The translations under genes and the position numbers were made by a program. A DNA stretch of 64,000 nt. It comes from Octopus sinensis. Lineage: Eukaryota. The stretch covers positions 51,026,001 through 51,090,000 of the forward strand of contig NC_043005.1 in the NCBI RefSeq assembly GCF_006345805.1, written 5' to 3'. Shown here one piece after another: positions 13,640 through 29,857 of this stretch (positions within the stretch are counted from its first letter, which is position 1; every line of letters begins with the position of its first letter). The notes beneath the pieces are model-generated. The model was not told where the DNA came from, made no database searches, and worked only from the letters and a program-made list of their open reading frames with translations.

Positions 13640-13985
13640 TACTTAAATGATAAATTTCTGGCAAGTTTTACAGAATTTTACTGCTCCAGTGGTGGCTTAG
13701 ATCTGTAGTCTTCCCATCAGCTTTCTCCTTTCTGATTTTGAGAAGCCTAATTTCCTAAAACTGGTACTTAGGCGGTGTGCTACATATCCCAGTGCCCCAA
13801 TAATTACAGGTATAAACCTGAACTTGTGATACAGAGTGAGTAACTGTAGATTCCTCAATAGTTCAGCGTAGGTATTTTCTTTTTCGTTGATCTTTAGCTT
13901 TAGCAGATTTCTACAACTGTATACAGTTTCTCTTCTCTATCCCAAATCCCTATGCCAGGTCTATCATGTTTACATAAAGGACCTG
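13640..13985 (-). mobile_element. R4/Dong-type LINE 3' fragment (endonuclease end)
   Basis: Reverse complement resembles 4830-5030 (aagctaaagatc...tacgctgaactattgag...ttcaggtttatacctgtaattatt). Confidence 0.7.
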
Positions 13986-15032
13986 TATGTATATATGTAC
14001 GTATATGTGTAGGCCTACCGAGCTACGAGCTTGGTAACGTAGACGCTCTTGTCTACCAGTGCGATGTCCAGCATGCTCTCTCATGCACCTTGTGAAGCAG
14101 AGTGTGTTGGTTGACATTGTAGGTCCCAACGTCTAAATGGCCGGGCTGCTGCCGCAGGAGAGCTGATATGTTATCAGTGTGGAATGGCCTCTCAGTCCCT
14201 TGCATGCTTTAGTTACCTTCCGGTTTCCCGGTTTCTTTAGTGTGTAAATTCCCCTGCAGGATGAGACGCCGATCCGTCGCAGGATTACTCATTTTGCCAG
14301 CTGAGTGAACTGGAGCAACATGAGATGAAATGTTTTGCTCAAAAACACAACGCATCACCTGGTTCAGGAATTGAAACCGCAAGTTATAATCATGAGTCTA
14401 ACACCCTAACCACCAAGCCACGCACCTTCATTTGCATGCTTTGGGAGCCCTATGAGACATCATCAGCAATGGAGATACCAGAAGAGAAATGTTGTCTTAG
14501 AGGAAAATATGTTTAGGAAGTTATCTTACTCGATCACAGATCGACTTCCATGTATGATCTGGGTCACTCTTAGTGCTACTGGTAACATGTAAGCTGTTCT
14601 ATAGTCGGGTTGTCGGCAACTAAAATGGCAACCCAGCTAAGCCCTGTTCGTAAGGAGGATGGTTTTCGTTGTATACTCTGCAGGATGAAAAATAAAACAT
14701 GTCAAAGAGCAGATGCACTCAGTAAAGTCAACAACAGCTGGCAATGAGAAATTCCTTGGATTTTCTTTACACCTCTCTCTAGAAAAAGAAAATTTCGAAA
14801 TAACACCCGCTACATTGCGAAGCCGGAGATCTTGCTCTTGTTTGTTTCTGGATTATTTGGTTTTGTAGGTGAGAGTCTTAGCGGTAGTGTGCAAGCTGTT
14901 ATTGACTTCGAGTGTCAGCATGAGCATCGCTAACAACTACTGCTTGTCACATCTAAGGTACGATATTTTGTTAGTGATGGTCATATTCATCTACTGGTTG
15001 AAAGCGGTCATATATATATATACATATATATA

Positions 15033-15093
<61 letters not shown>

Positions 15094-15099
15094 AATAAA

Positions 15100-15440
15100 T
15101 GAAATAAAACATATGCATATATATAAACATATATGTACGTACCTACCTCTACATGTACATATACACGCATATATGAGTACAGGACACCAAAGGGACGTCG
15201 AACACAAAGAGAAACGAAAACATAGACACAAACCAAAGGAACAGGACATTTTTTTTAAACCAACAAAAAATGGAGTACAGGACAATTAACACAACGAAAA
15301 AACCCCTTCTTCAGTCGCTAAGGTTTCATCTACTCTACGTTTCGAAGGATAAAAGCGAGACGTATCTTCGACAAGAAACTTTCCTTCCTGCGAAAAGCAA
15401 ATCAATTAAAATTCTGAGATCTTTTCGCAGAGGGGTAAAA
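15100..15440 (-). repeat. Dispersed repeat of PLE-terminal-repeat type (cgaaacg...ctgaagaaggg motifs)
   Basis: Related segments at 28870-29350, 30220-30740, 32230-32480 and 57800-58050; the PLE assignment is inferred. Confidence 0.5.
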
Positions 15441-18129
15441 AATGGTAAAAAAATGGTAAAAAAACAGACAGTAACGACAGTACAAAAATATAAACAGTAA
15501 AAAAACAGTAAAAAAAATATATAAACAGTAAAAAAATATATATAACAGTAAAAGACAGGACAGGGAAAACAAGATATATATATATATATATATACTTACG
15601 CTTCGAGTTAAACATAAACCCTTTGGCTATTTTCCAACTAGCAAGGCATTAGAATCGGATGGTATTCTCCCAGAGGTCATCAATAATGCGAAGAGCATTC
15701 TGTTGTGTCACATATAGAAACTGCTTTTCTAGTGCTGGAAAAAAGGACATGAAAGACTGCAATATTGTTACGCTGTACATGAACATGGGCATCTGAAATG
15801 AAATCATAGACCGTAATACGCTGGAAGGTTATCTTCATTAAAACCTAAAGTAAAAACTGTCTATGAACTACCTTCTTCACAAAACACAGAAATCATTTGC
15901 TGGTAACAAATGTAGGCTGTGCAAAGCCAAAACATCGTCTGTAACATTGAGAAAATATCAGCTAACTACCTGTTTTTTTACTACCCACAAGGGGCTAAAC
16001 ACAGAGGAGACGAACAAGGACAAACAAACTGATTAAGTCGATTATATCGACCCCAGTGCGTAACTGGTACTTATTTAATCGACCCAAAAAGGATGAAAGG
16101 CAAAGCCGACCTCGGCGGAACTTGAACTCAGAACGTAGCGGCAGACGAAATACCGCTAAGCATTTCGCCCGGCGTGCTAACTTTTTTGCCAGCTCGCCGC
16201 CTTAATATCAGCTAGGTACCACCATTGCATAAGACATGATGTGGTAGACAAAGAAATCCGGAATAGAGAGAGAAAGAAAAATGTTGTAGAAAAAAGGTAG
16301 ACACGCTGAGACTAACGGATCGAAAGAATATTGATGGAACCTAAAGCTAAAAACAGCAATGAAATTTTAGCACAACCGAGCTAGATTGCGAGGAAACTGG
16401 TGGTGGTCTGCGTCAACAGAATTTAATGTTGGAAAGTCCATACATCAAAATTTAAAAAATAAATACATGAATAAAAAAGCAAGAACTAACTAACTAAATA
16501 AATAATGGGGTTAATTTTCTGTGAGCTGCGAAAAATATGCTTCAAACAATTGTCTCTAAAAGGTAAATGACTTTTAAGCAATCAAGTATTGAATTCTGGA
16601 TTCTTTCTCTCTGAATAAAGTTCAAGTGCCCGAAAAGTTAGATTTTTCATTCTCATATAGGAAACGAACTCATTGTCAGTTATGTTTACTTTGCGACGGG
16701 ATATAGAATAAGACAGTTGCCCATTTTACCTTAGTATGATAAGAAAATATCTATGCTCCAATAACAAAAGAAGTTTGCAAATTCACTTCCAAAATACACA
16801 TTCGATTATAGTTATTTTAATGTGTTTTTTCTCTATTTTTTCTTCTTGTGTGTGTGAGTGGCTGAATTCAGGTTCTCCAAGAAGATGATAGATCCCTGAT
16901 TCGGTCATAAAAGATGAACTTGATATCTAGGACCATAAAAATCTGCTGAGATCTTAAATTTGAAAAGGTCAATGATTATGGAAAAGATGAATAAGAGTCC
17001 AAGAGATTTTTTTTTAATAAATTTTCTTCACAGGTTTGTAACAGCATAAGAGGTCAATCAAAATAATTCTAAATCAGATTTAACGATTACATAGGCACCG
17101 CATTGGCTCATCGTTGTAGCTGCTGCTTAGCACCAGCACAGTCCTGAACGAGATACTCTTAAATGGACAACATCTCAAATGTGGTTTTCAGTTATAATAC
17201 ATCTAGGACACCGTCGTCTAATAAGCATTTTCATAATTTGGCTTTTTCAGGCAGTTGAGTGATGGATTTTGATAGATATATATTTTGCCATTTATCTTTT
17301 ACTTGTTTCACTCATTAGACTGAGGCCATGCTGGAGCAGTGCCTTGAAGAAATTTTCGCCGAATGAATCAACCCCCAAAAATTACTTTTTAAACCCGATT
17401 CTTAGTCTATCGGTTTCGTTTGCTGATGACAAGGACGTAAACACATCAACGCCGATTAGCAACCGGTGGAGGGTGGTGTACAACCAGCATATATATATAT
17501 ATATATATATATATAAGACGGCTTCTTTCAGTCTCCGTCGACCAAATCCACTTCCAAGATGTCACGGAGTGAGACTGAACCCGGTACCATGTGGTTGGGA
17601 AGCAAGCTTTCTAACACACAGTTGGGCCTGTTCCTATAGACCACACAGCAACGCCTGCACCTTGTTATTTCTAGCAGGCCGTTCCACCTCATTGAGGCAT
17701 TGTGATTTCTTCGAGTAAAGTGTTTAAATACAGATAGCATGATAAAAGGATCGATGCATTTAGAGAAGCTAGTTCAAAATCGATTAACACAATGCAGTCA
17801 AACGCAATAAATGGCATCGCCTTTGTTTCTCAAAGTAATTCGATTAGCTGAATTTATTGAAGTTTTATTCGAGCCGTTGGTTGTTTTTAGATGATAAATG
17901 CCTCTAGGGAGAGTTTTTGTCTACTAATTGCCTGGATAATCTCAGATATAACCGAGGTTTTTCAACTCAGTATATTACACATGTGATACTACTGTATACG
18001 TCGAACATCATATGCACGACGTTCTACTGAGGTAATCTTCCCTCAAAAAAATTGCTGATATTCAGAATCAATACTGCTACATTCTCCCTCTCTCTCTTTC
18101 CCCTCCTCTCTCTCTCTCTCCCTGATAAC

Positions 18130-18212
<83 letters not shown>

Positions 18213-18220
18213 TGTGTGTG

Positions 18221-18265
<45 letters not shown>

Positions 18266-18861
18266 TGTGACGCAATGGCCCAGTGGTTAGGGCAGCGGAC
18301 TCGCGGTCGGAGGATCGCGGCTTCGATTCCCAAACCGGGCGTTGTGTGTGTTTATTGAGCGAAAACACCTAAAGCTCCACAAGGCTCCGGCAGGGGGTGG
18401 CGGCGACCCCTGTTGTATTCTTTCGCCCCAACTTTCCCTCATTATTTCTTCCTGTTTCTTGAGTATCACTGCGATGGACTGGCGTCCCGTCCAGCTGGGG
18501 GGAAGACATACGCCATAGAAACCGGACCCATATATTGGGGATATACATATATATATAATATTTTGGACTAATAGGTATACGCCGATTAGTGTGTTGAAGT
18601 GTTTAGTAGAGCAGTGGCACAGTTTGGGCTACCTGGTGTCATCCCCGGTCGGGATATATTTCCGTTGGATCTACTTCACGAATTCCACAGTGTTAGTTGA
18701 GATAATAATAATAATAACTTCTTAAGTAATGCCTTAAGTATGTACCACCTATAAGGTACAATAGCAGGATGGATCGAAACGACCATTGTACAAAATAAAG
18801 ATTTATTACCAAACCCATCTTCTGGTTACTTAAGAAATTATTATTATTATTATTATTATTA

Positions 18862-18940
<79 letters not shown>

Positions 18941-19465
18941 CGAGTGAGAGAGAAGTGCATGCCATCAAACTGACACTGGGGTAAGATATACGAAGCCCAG
19001 TATACCCATCATGACTACCCGTCTGATAAGGTACACTAGGCACATGCATCACAACCATATCTGCGCGACATGGTGATCTCATATCAAGATAAACAGCACA
19101 TGACCTTGCAGGTGGGACCCAGTAAGAATTTCCTTCTGGTCGAGTAGCCCATCCCGCTCAAAAGGTCCCTGAATAAGGGTTGTTTAAGGATGTTGAACGA
19201 ACCACCTATGTTTCCAGAGGTGAATTATTCAAAACTCAAATAATCCCTCTCAACACATGACTACTTCTGCTCGTGATCAGTGATGCCCATATCGTAAGCC
19301 ACTAAGGGACATGCTCAACTGGTTATGGTCAAACAACTGACAAGCAAATCAGTGGTATTGAGCAGAATATTTGCTGTAGCCCATCTTTTATACCAAGACA
19401 AAACAATGTACATGATAACACTTCCAGTCAGTTAAGATCAGAAGCCACGAGAGCCACTGCCTTGT
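18941..19465. mobile_element. ~530-bp non-coding repeat (family E) embedded in (ATT)n
   Basis: Highly similar copy at 61088-61640, also flanked by (ATT)n on both sides. Confidence 0.85.
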
Positions 19466-19471
19466 ACACTA

Positions 19472-19520
<49 letters not shown>

Positions 19521-19575
19521 CATCATCGTCGTCGTCATCATCATCATTATCATCATCATCATCATCGTAATTATT

Positions 19576-19630
<55 letters not shown>

Positions 19631-19682
19631 TGTGTGTAAGGAAATAAGAATATAAACGATATTCTCATGAACTTCATCTGCT

Positions 19683-19909
19683 GACGGCTGCCTCTGCTTA
19701 TAAGTTACAGTGGACTCATAGTTGAGTGCTTGCGTAACACCTTATAACCTCGTCGGAGCTTCGAATTTGAGGCGCAGTTTATTTGGGAAAAATTACATTT
19801 TCCCCCAAATAAACGTCACTTCATTTTCGAGGTTCTCATGACGCTCTAAGGTGTTACTCAAGTACTCAACTATGAGCCCGTTGCATCTTATAGCAGAAAC
19901 AGCTGTAAG
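19683..19909. mobile_element. Diverged fold-back (fully palindromic) MITE-like element
   Basis: ctcatagttgagtgcttgcgtaacacctta pairs with taaggtgttactcaagtactcaactatgag; gtttatttggg pairs with cccaaataaac around a short loop. Confidence 0.7.
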
Positions 19910-19935
19910 CTAAGGGAGTTCATCAAATAATCGTT

Positions 19936-20455
19936 TACCGTAAATCATCGAGTATAATCCGCCCTTGAGTATAATAATAGGCAGTGGACTTTTAGGGGTC
20001 TGTACCTCTGAAAAACCTAAACCTTGTGTATGATACACATCCCTTCTCTAACTTGAGTCAAGGAGGTCTATATAACGTCTTTGGTTTGTAAAAATGTATA
20101 CGGTAACGTCCTTTATTATCATTGTATATATAACATAATGCAAACGACGTGTGCCTTTTGTGCATTTTGCTTGCAGAAAATAAAGAAATAACAGTAATAA
20201 CGTTTAATAAATGTTGCTTACAGCAAGTTATAGATGATTCTTTTATGACTTCATTGCTTTCAGGCTTAGCTGAAGGTATTTTCGCGCCCGACATCACAAA
20301 ATGCGTCTGAATAAACATTGCCGGACAGCAAATAGAGACTTGGACATTGCTTAGAAAATAATTTTCATTTTTAACCTCGTATATAGTACGCACTAGGGAT
20401 TTTGACCTTTAAATTTTGGGAAAAAAATACGGATTATACTGGAGGATTTACGGTA
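19936..20455. mobile_element. pogo/Tc1-type MITE with 26-bp TIRs (TA ends)
   Basis: taccgtaaatcatcgagtataatccg versus cggattatactggaggatttacggta (2 mismatches). Confidence 0.8.
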
Positions 20456-20715
20456 TTTTTTTATTCCCTTGTCATCCTATTTCGTATTACTGCTCTGTAT
20501 TCAACAAACTATTCGTTCTGAAGCATATGTATATTGAGTTCTACACTTGGTTATATATATACAGGCGTGAATGTGTGGTAAGAAGCTTGCTTCCCAACCG
20601 CATGGTCCAGGATTCAATCTGCGTGGCAACTTGGGCAAGTGTTTTCTACGATAGCCTCGGGCCGACCGAAGCCTTGTGAGTGGATTTAGTAGACGGAAAC
20701 TGAAAAATACCCGTC

Positions 20716-20746
<31 letters not shown>

Positions 20747-21329
20747 CATGTCTTTGTGTCTGATTGCATGCCACCACCACCACTTGACAACCGGTGTTGG
20801 TGTGTTTACGTCCCCGTAACATGGCAGTTCGGCAATAGGATAAGTTCCAGGATTTAAAAACTAAGTCTTGAAGTCGATTTGTTCGACTAAAAACCGGTGC
20901 TGCAGCATGGTCGCAGTCAAGTGATTGAAACAAGTAAAAGGTAACAGATAAAAGATAAATTTGTGTGTGTGTGTATGTGTGTGTGTGTGTATGTGTGTGT
21001 ATGTGTAGGTGTGTGTGTGTGTGTGTGTATGTGTGTGTGTGTGCGTGCGTGTGTGTGTGTGTGTGTCTGTGCGGCGAGCTCGTAGAATTATTAGCACGCC
21101 GGGCAAAATGCTTATCGGCATTTCGTCCGCCTTACATTCTGAGTTCAAATTCCGCTGAGGTCGACTTTTCTTCCATCCTTTCGGGGTCGATAAATTAAGT
21201 ACCGGTTGAAAGCTGAGATCAAGGAGATCGACTAGTCCCCCCCACCCAATATTTCAGACCTTGTGCCTTTCTTAGAAAGGATTATTTAAAACAGTTTGAA
21301 TCAACTCCTTTGATATGAAGTTTCGTAAG

Positions 21330-22320
<991 letters not shown>

Positions 22321-22419
22321 GTGTCACCTTAGTCTGCTAGCTGTGGACAGCCGATACTTTCTATCATATCCCACAAAATAAGATGAGAGTTTTCATCATG
22401 AGCGAAATAAGGAAGACTG

Positions 22420-23462
22420 GCAAGAAAATCCGTAAGCTGCTGACTTGCAATAAGATGCACCACCAAAAGCAGACACAGATCGTTTTTACCTACACAGAGC
22501 TCTTACAAAACCACCACAATTGAACTAGCAAAATATCTTGAAATATCTAACGACTGTATGCTAAAGCTCGTTGAAAACCATGAAAGACATAAGAAGCTTC
22601 ATTCTGTTATGAAAGAGAGCAAAAAAATTTCAAGTGAGTTTATGCAGGTTGAACAGCATGATGGAAGTGTTTGCAACTGTAGTTGCAAGGAAGGTGAAGT
22701 CAATATCCAAGCAAGATGCGTTTGAACAATTGGGAACAAAAACCTCTGCTTGGCAAATATGTGGCCCGTAGCAAACAAGCTGATGTAGACCAGAAGCACA
22801 ACCGTCAGTGGCTACGGAGCTCAGGACTAAAGGCAGAGTGTGAAGGCTTTATATTGGCTGCTCAAGATCCGAGCTTATTGACCCGGAACTATCAAGCCAA
22901 TGTCATGAAAATTGGTGTAGACCCAAAGTGCCGATACTACAACGAAGGGATTGAGACAGTGGACCACCAAATCTCTGAGAGTAAGGTTTTTAGCGCCTGT
23001 GGAGTACAAATCAAGACATGACAGAGTTGGCCAATATCTACATTGGATAATCTGTCGGCATTATAATATCAAAAATGATGACAAATGCAAGCGCCACCCT
23101 GAGGCTGTAACTCAAGGAGAAAATGTAACGATTTTTGGGACCTTCCCGTATGTACAGACCGTATCATCAAATAAACCAGATATCGTTGTGAAAGACCAAC
23201 ACAATAAAGTTTATTTATTGATTGACATGAGGATACCATGTGACCATAATATCTCGGCAAAAGAATTTGATAAGATCGAAATTGAAAAGATGTGGCATCT
23301 CAAGACGATTACAAAACCAGTGACTGTAGGAACATTTGGAATAATCAAAAGAGGAACTGAAAATTATTTAAGAATGATCCCTGACTTACCATCCATACAG
23401 GAAGTGCAAGTGATTGTTTTAACTGGTACATCACACGTACTGAAAAGAGAATTGTCGCTGTG
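22420..23462 (+). mobile_element. R4/Dong-type LINE 3' half (RT thumb, zinc knuckle, RLE endonuclease)
   Basis: EGFILAAQDPSLLTRNY, RHDRVGQYLHW, NKPDIVVKD...LLID, VTVGTFG motifs; frameshifted. Confidence 0.88.
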
Positions 23463-23732
23463 AATTTTCATTCCTTTTTTCCCCTTTATTTACTTTGTTC
23501 ACTTTTTTTATTTTTTTATTTTTTATTTTTTTCATTTTTCTCTCTATCTTTCTTCTCCGTTTACTCTAAGGTGTGACTTTGTAAATGAACAATCTGGTGT
23601 GTTTATTTTAATGGCTTGCCAATGTATGCAGTGCTTTTCTCTGCCCTAAGTGACAGGAAGACACTCAGCGAGAAATGGAAACAGAATTGAAAGAAGCTGA
23701 TAATGAAAGTACTACTACTACTAATAATAATA

Positions 23733-23767
<35 letters not shown>

Positions 23768-26700
23768 AGTAGTAATAATAGTAATAGCTAGGATACTTAG
23801 GAGTGTTCTTGGCATCTAAGGTTACTTGTTGTAGCCCGATGTTAGGATTTTTTTTTCCAACATTCTAATCGGTTGTGTGTATTTGAAAATAATAATGATG
23901 ATGATGATAACACACACACACATAATATATATATATATATAATCAAGGAATACCAAAAATGGGACAAGAACGCAAAACATCCAGACACTTAGATGATACA
24001 AAAAAGGAACAACAAAACATCCAGACAGACGATACAAAGAAACAAGGACGAGTCATTCGGAGTTTTCTTTCTTCAGTCGAGTTCCAGATTATCCTTGTAA
24101 TTTTGGCTGGTTATACTCGAGATTGATCCAATCTGGCCAGGCCCAAGGTAAAACTGACCTAAGAGCACTAGATTCCTTGGAATAAAGCAGCAAATGTATA
24201 TGAAAACAAGGATGGAAAAACGGAGAAATGGTACACAAATACAAATGCAAATAAAAGACATTAATTACAGCTATCTTTCGTCTAAGGACGAATTAAATTA
24301 AGTTGGCGTGTGTGGAAGTGAAGCCTAACGGCAGGGACATAAGGGATGACAAGCATAGGGAGGAATATAGATGTTGTACGGATGGTAGTCGAACGAAGAA
24401 AGAAGACTAAAACCGTGGCGGTTTACTTTTTCTCTACAGCACTACCCTAAACACAGCATGGTCAAATGGTTAACAAGTTCACTTGCAAATCGGGCGTCCG
24501 GGATCGGTGGATCCCCAAGGAATTTTCTTTTGATAGTAATTTGGGTCACATGTAGTGTTGCAAGTGAAAGTGAAAAGATGGAAACCGCATGGAAGCTAGT
24601 CGGTGTATTGTATCTGTAATTCAATAGTCAGACCTTGTCACATAGAATTTTACGCTCGGTATAAAATGCTTTCTAATACTCCGCCACTTGTGCCCTAAAT
24701 CAATGAGCAAATATAGTAATGGCTCGATATACGAGTTAAATTGTTTACAGAGATCGTTCGTAAAACGGAAATCCTAATGCAGAGCAATAAGCTCCCGTAG
24801 TAGTAATGTTATAAATCATAATTCATTCCCAGAAAAATATTTCACCTATAAAATTTATAACACTCGTAAATAAATGGCAATAAAACAACTGTAGAATGTA
24901 AAGAATATTTTATGTAAAGTAAAAGGAATGTCACGATCATTTATAATTTAAAAAATAACGATTATTACTATAATCGTTTTCTGAATCCCTTTTACTTGCA
25001 CTAGACTCGTGCACACCATCAATTGTAGACGCGGTCGCGGATTCACAAGCACTCGTAGACGGACTTGTAAATTTCTTTTTAAGAATCAAGTCTAGAGCTG
25101 TTTGCTTAGAAGAAGCATTTTTTTTTTTTTTTTCGCTTTCAATAAATTTCTCGGCAACAAACAGAAGTATTTATTATGGTAACAGAAACTTTTGTACTTC
25201 GTTCAAACTTGAGAGCTTGTGCTGGGAAAAATTATACTCGTAAACCTAGGGTCTCGCAAAGCGGGACCTCGTAAAATGGGGGTGTAACTGTAGTTCAATT
25301 TACTGAACAAGAAAATAAACATCGTTTGTAACGTTGGTTAGAGCTCAGTGGTTAGAGCGTCAGGCTCACAATCATGAAGCAGTGAGTTCGATTCTAGGAT
25401 CGGGCTGTGTGTTGTGTTCTTGAGCAAAACAATTTATTTCACGTTGCTCCTGGTTCACTCAGCTGTAGAAATGAGTTGCGACATCCCTGATGCCAAGCTG
25501 TATTGGCGTTTGCCTTTCCCTTGGATAACATCTGTGGCGAGGATAGAGGAGGCTGGTATACATGGGCGACAGCTGGTCTTCCATAAACAACCTTCCCCGG
25601 ACTTATGTCTAGGAGGGGAACTTTCTAGGTGCATCCTATGGTCATTCATGACTCAAGGAGGACTTTACCCTTTACTGCCACTGGCTTGATGAATATCAAA
25701 TTTAGTAAATCTAAGTTTTACTTCATCAGTTTGTCATACGTTCAATGAGCTTATAGAGAAAAGGCAGGCATGAGGTTGAAAACGTCAAGGTATACTCTAC
25801 TCTTTTACTCTTTTACTTGTTTCAGTCATTTGACTGCGGCCATGCTGGAGCACAGCCTTTAGTCGAACACATCGACCCCAGGACCTATTCTTTGTAAGCC
25901 TAGTACTTAATCTATCGGTTTCTCTTTTGCCGAACCGCTAAGTTACGGGGACGCAAACACACCAGCATCGGTTGTCAAGCGATGTTGGAAGGACAAACAC
26001 AGAAACACAAACATATACACACACATACATATATATATATACATAAAGAGAAACCGATAGATTAAGTACTAGGCTTACAAAGAATAGGTCCTGGGGTTTC
26101 CGTCTACCAAATCCACTCACAAGGCTTTGGTCGGCCCGAGGCTATAGTAGAAGACACTTGCCCAAGGTGCCACGCAGTGGTACTGAACCCGAAACCATGT
26201 GGTTCGTAAGCAAGCTACTTACCACACAGCCACTGACACTTTCTCTCTCAAATCTCTCTCCCTCTCTCTCTTTCACTCTCTCTCTGTGTTCTTTGCTCGT
26301 CTCTTCTCTAACTCTAAGTCATACTTTATATCATACCTTGATACTATGTGGATTGGGTTCCTCGCTGATATAAAATAAAGTATTGGACACTTACGCTATC
26401 AAATTACTAGCCCCAGTTTCTGAAGCTGCTGGTTTTACTGACAATATAAACGATTTGGCTGCTCATTTCTCTAGGACTACTTGGATTGATGTAGATACTT
26501 CTAATGAAGCCATGATAAAGATCGAAAATCAATTAAATCTGGTTAGCCACCCCTATTTTTTGCCTCAATCTACAGAGAAATAGTTAGATTGTCAGTTTCC
26601 GAAGTGGGTTGATATGTAAATGGTAATTATGCCTGAAAGAGTTATTTCCCTCTAGCTTCGGTTTATCATTTATTTCCCTTGGATTTTATTAGCAGCCGGC

Positions 26701-28208
26701 TGTATTGTGTTGTTAATTTAAAGTTTATGATTCAACAGTAAAGCAGTCTCAATAGAAATTCAATATCAAACTGCGAGAAAAACAAATATCTTTGAATGTT
26801 TCGTACTAAGTAAATATTGATTTCTAACATGGAAGAAGATTAGTTTTTGTCCGTTGACGAAAAAGGAATGATATTTGAATTGATACTTTTCATCGATCCA
26901 GGAGGAATAACAGATAAAATCAAAGTTGATAGAATTGCAACTGACAACTTAGGGAATTAGAGGATCAGAAGTTCTTTTATTCTTTAGACGATCTTCTAAG
27001 AAGGTCACCTCTCCCATCTGAATAAATTCATTTTGGGTATGTAGAGAAGATCTATGTGCTGCAGTTCTACGTGCTAAAAGTAGCGGCCAAATCTCTTTCA
27101 AATCGCAGTAGACACTCTAAAAAGGAAAATGGAATGGGTATTGCTTTGATTGTCAATCTGTTCGATAACGGCTGACCCGAATTTAAATTGTATCTATATC
27201 GTATACAGTGGTCTCTCTCAGCACAGTAGAATGTTGCTTAATCTCGATTTAAAAAAGCATGAAGAGTTATCTCCCTTATATATATATATAGTCTTTTACT
27301 CTTTTACTTGCTTCAGTCGTTTGACTGCGGCCATGCTGGAGCACCGCCTTTAGTCGAGCAAATCGGCCCCAGGACTTATTCTTTGTAAGCCTAGTACTTA
27401 TTATATTGGTCTTTTTTGCTGAACTGCTAAGTTACAGGGAAGTAAACACACCAGCATCGGTTGTCAAGCGATGTTGGGGGGACAAACACAGACACACAGA
27501 CACACAGACGCACACACATATATGTATACAAATACATATATACGACGGGCTTTTTTGCGTTTCCGTTTACCAAATCCACTCACAAGGCTTTGGTCAGCCC
27601 GAGTCTATAGTAGAAGACACTTGCTGAAGGTGCCACGCAGTGGGACTGAACCCGGAACCATGTGGTTGGTAAGCAAGCTACTTACCACACAGCCACTCCT
27701 ATATATATAGGGGATTAGCTGGAAGGGATATCGAAGAAATATATCTGTACCTGCCTTCATGCATATATATATATATATGTACATGGATTTAGATGCTATA
27801 TACACTTGGAAGGATAATCTTAGCTAACGGAAGATTTTTAACTCACTATAATCTATATAAGTTGATTACATCGACCCAGTATTTAACTGGTACTTATTTT
27901 ATCGACCCCGTGAGGGGAAGAAAGGTTAAGTCGACCTCGCGGACTTTGAACTAAGATTGTAAAGACACACGAAATGCCGCTAAGCTCGGCGTGTTAACGA
28001 TTCTGCCAGTTGCCACCTTATTTCATTATATTACAGTAGGCGTAGGAGTGGCCGTGTGGTGGGTGGCTTGCTTACGAACCACATGTTTCCGGGTTCAGTC
28101 CAACTGCGTGGCACCTTGGGCAAGTGTCTTCTTCTATAGCCGGGGCCTTATGAGTGGATTTGGTAGACGGAAACTGAAAGAAGCCCGTCGTATATATGTG
28201 TGTGTATG

Positions 28209-28278
<70 letters not shown>

Positions 28279-28774
28279 TATGTATGTATGTATGTATGGA
28301 TGTATGTATGTATGTATTGTAGTATGTATGATGTATGTATGTATGTATGTATGTGTGTGTGTATATGTTGTGTGTTCTGTGTTTGTCTCCTCCCCCCCCC
28401 CCGACATCGTATTAGACCCACGAAGAATAAGTCCCGGAGTCGATTTGCTCGACTAAAGGTGGTGATCCAGCATAGCCGCAGTCAAATGGCTGAAACATAT
28501 AAAAGAATCAGTTTTGGTCATTTAGGGCTTTTCTCGGTCCGGGCTATACTAGAAGACACCTGCCCAAAGTGCAATGCAGTGACACTGAATCCGAAACCAC
28601 AATCTTCTCACCTTCCCGGGTGTTGAACTACTACACCTGTTTTTGTTTATACACTTGGCTTCGTCTTTTGTTTCTCTGTAAATTCCAACTATGTATATAT
28701 TATAGATATATATATATTATATATATATATATAATATAATATATATATAATATATATATATATATACATATATG

Positions 28775-28805
<31 letters not shown>

Positions 28806-29516
28806 ATATTATATATTATATAGATATATATATATATATATATATAATATATTATATATATATATATATTATATATGCATATATGGGTACAGGACGTGGA
28901 CCAACTGTAAACAACAGGAAGCACGAATACAAATAAGTTAAATACGCAAACAACGAGAGAAAACAATGGAAAACAGCCTTCATCAAGTCTCCACCGTCTG
29001 TCTCCTCCTCATTTAGAGCATTCAACGACAATATGAGTGTTCGAAGACAGTTGCACCATAAATTCCAAAATAAAATGTTGGCTTTATGGAGGGTCAAAGT
29101 TGGGAACGAAAACAGGACAGTGGAGCTATACAAGGGGTCCGAACGGAAACAAACATGGAGGGTCGTTAGACCAGGACGAGGGGGAAATAGCGAACGCTGA
29201 GAGAAATATCTTCTTTGAAAAGAGAAAACATAGAAGAGTGAGTTAGAAGACGTCCAGTTCTTAAGACGTCGTGGAGGAAAAGAAAGATGGGCGATGGTCA
29301 CGTGTGAGCAACGAAAGAGAGAGAAAAAAGAGAAAGGCGGTAGAGAGAGTGCGCGAGAGTGGTAAGTTGCTTGCTTACCAATCACACGGTTCTGGGTTCA
29401 GTCCCACTGCGTGGCACTTTCTGAAAGTGTCTTCTACTATAGCCTCGGGCTGACCAAAGCCTTATGAGTGGATTTGGTAGATGGAAATTGAAAGAAGCCC
29501 GTCGTATATATGTATG

Positions 29517-29571
<55 letters not shown>

Positions 29572-29813
29572 TCGTTTGTGTGTCTGTGTTTGTCCTCCCA
29601 ACATCGCTTGACAATCGATGCTGGTGTGTTTACGAACCCGTAACTTAGCGGCTCGGCAGAAGAGACCGATAGAATAAGTACTAGGCTTACAAAGAATAAG
29701 TCCCGGGGGCGATTTGCTCGACTAAAGGCGGTACTCCAGCATGGCCACAGTCAAATGACTGCCACAAATAAAAGAGTAAAAGAGTATGTGTATATAAATA
29801 TATACATATATAT

Positions 29814-29857
<44 letters not shown>

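Noticed and set aside
24430-25292. Possible Tigger/pogo-like element with recurring ctcgtaa motifs
   Set aside because: Only the right end looks TIR-like; a matching left TIR could not be established
26383-26583. 66-aa ORF in non-repetitive DNA
   Set aside because: No recognisable motif, splice context or homologue in the window
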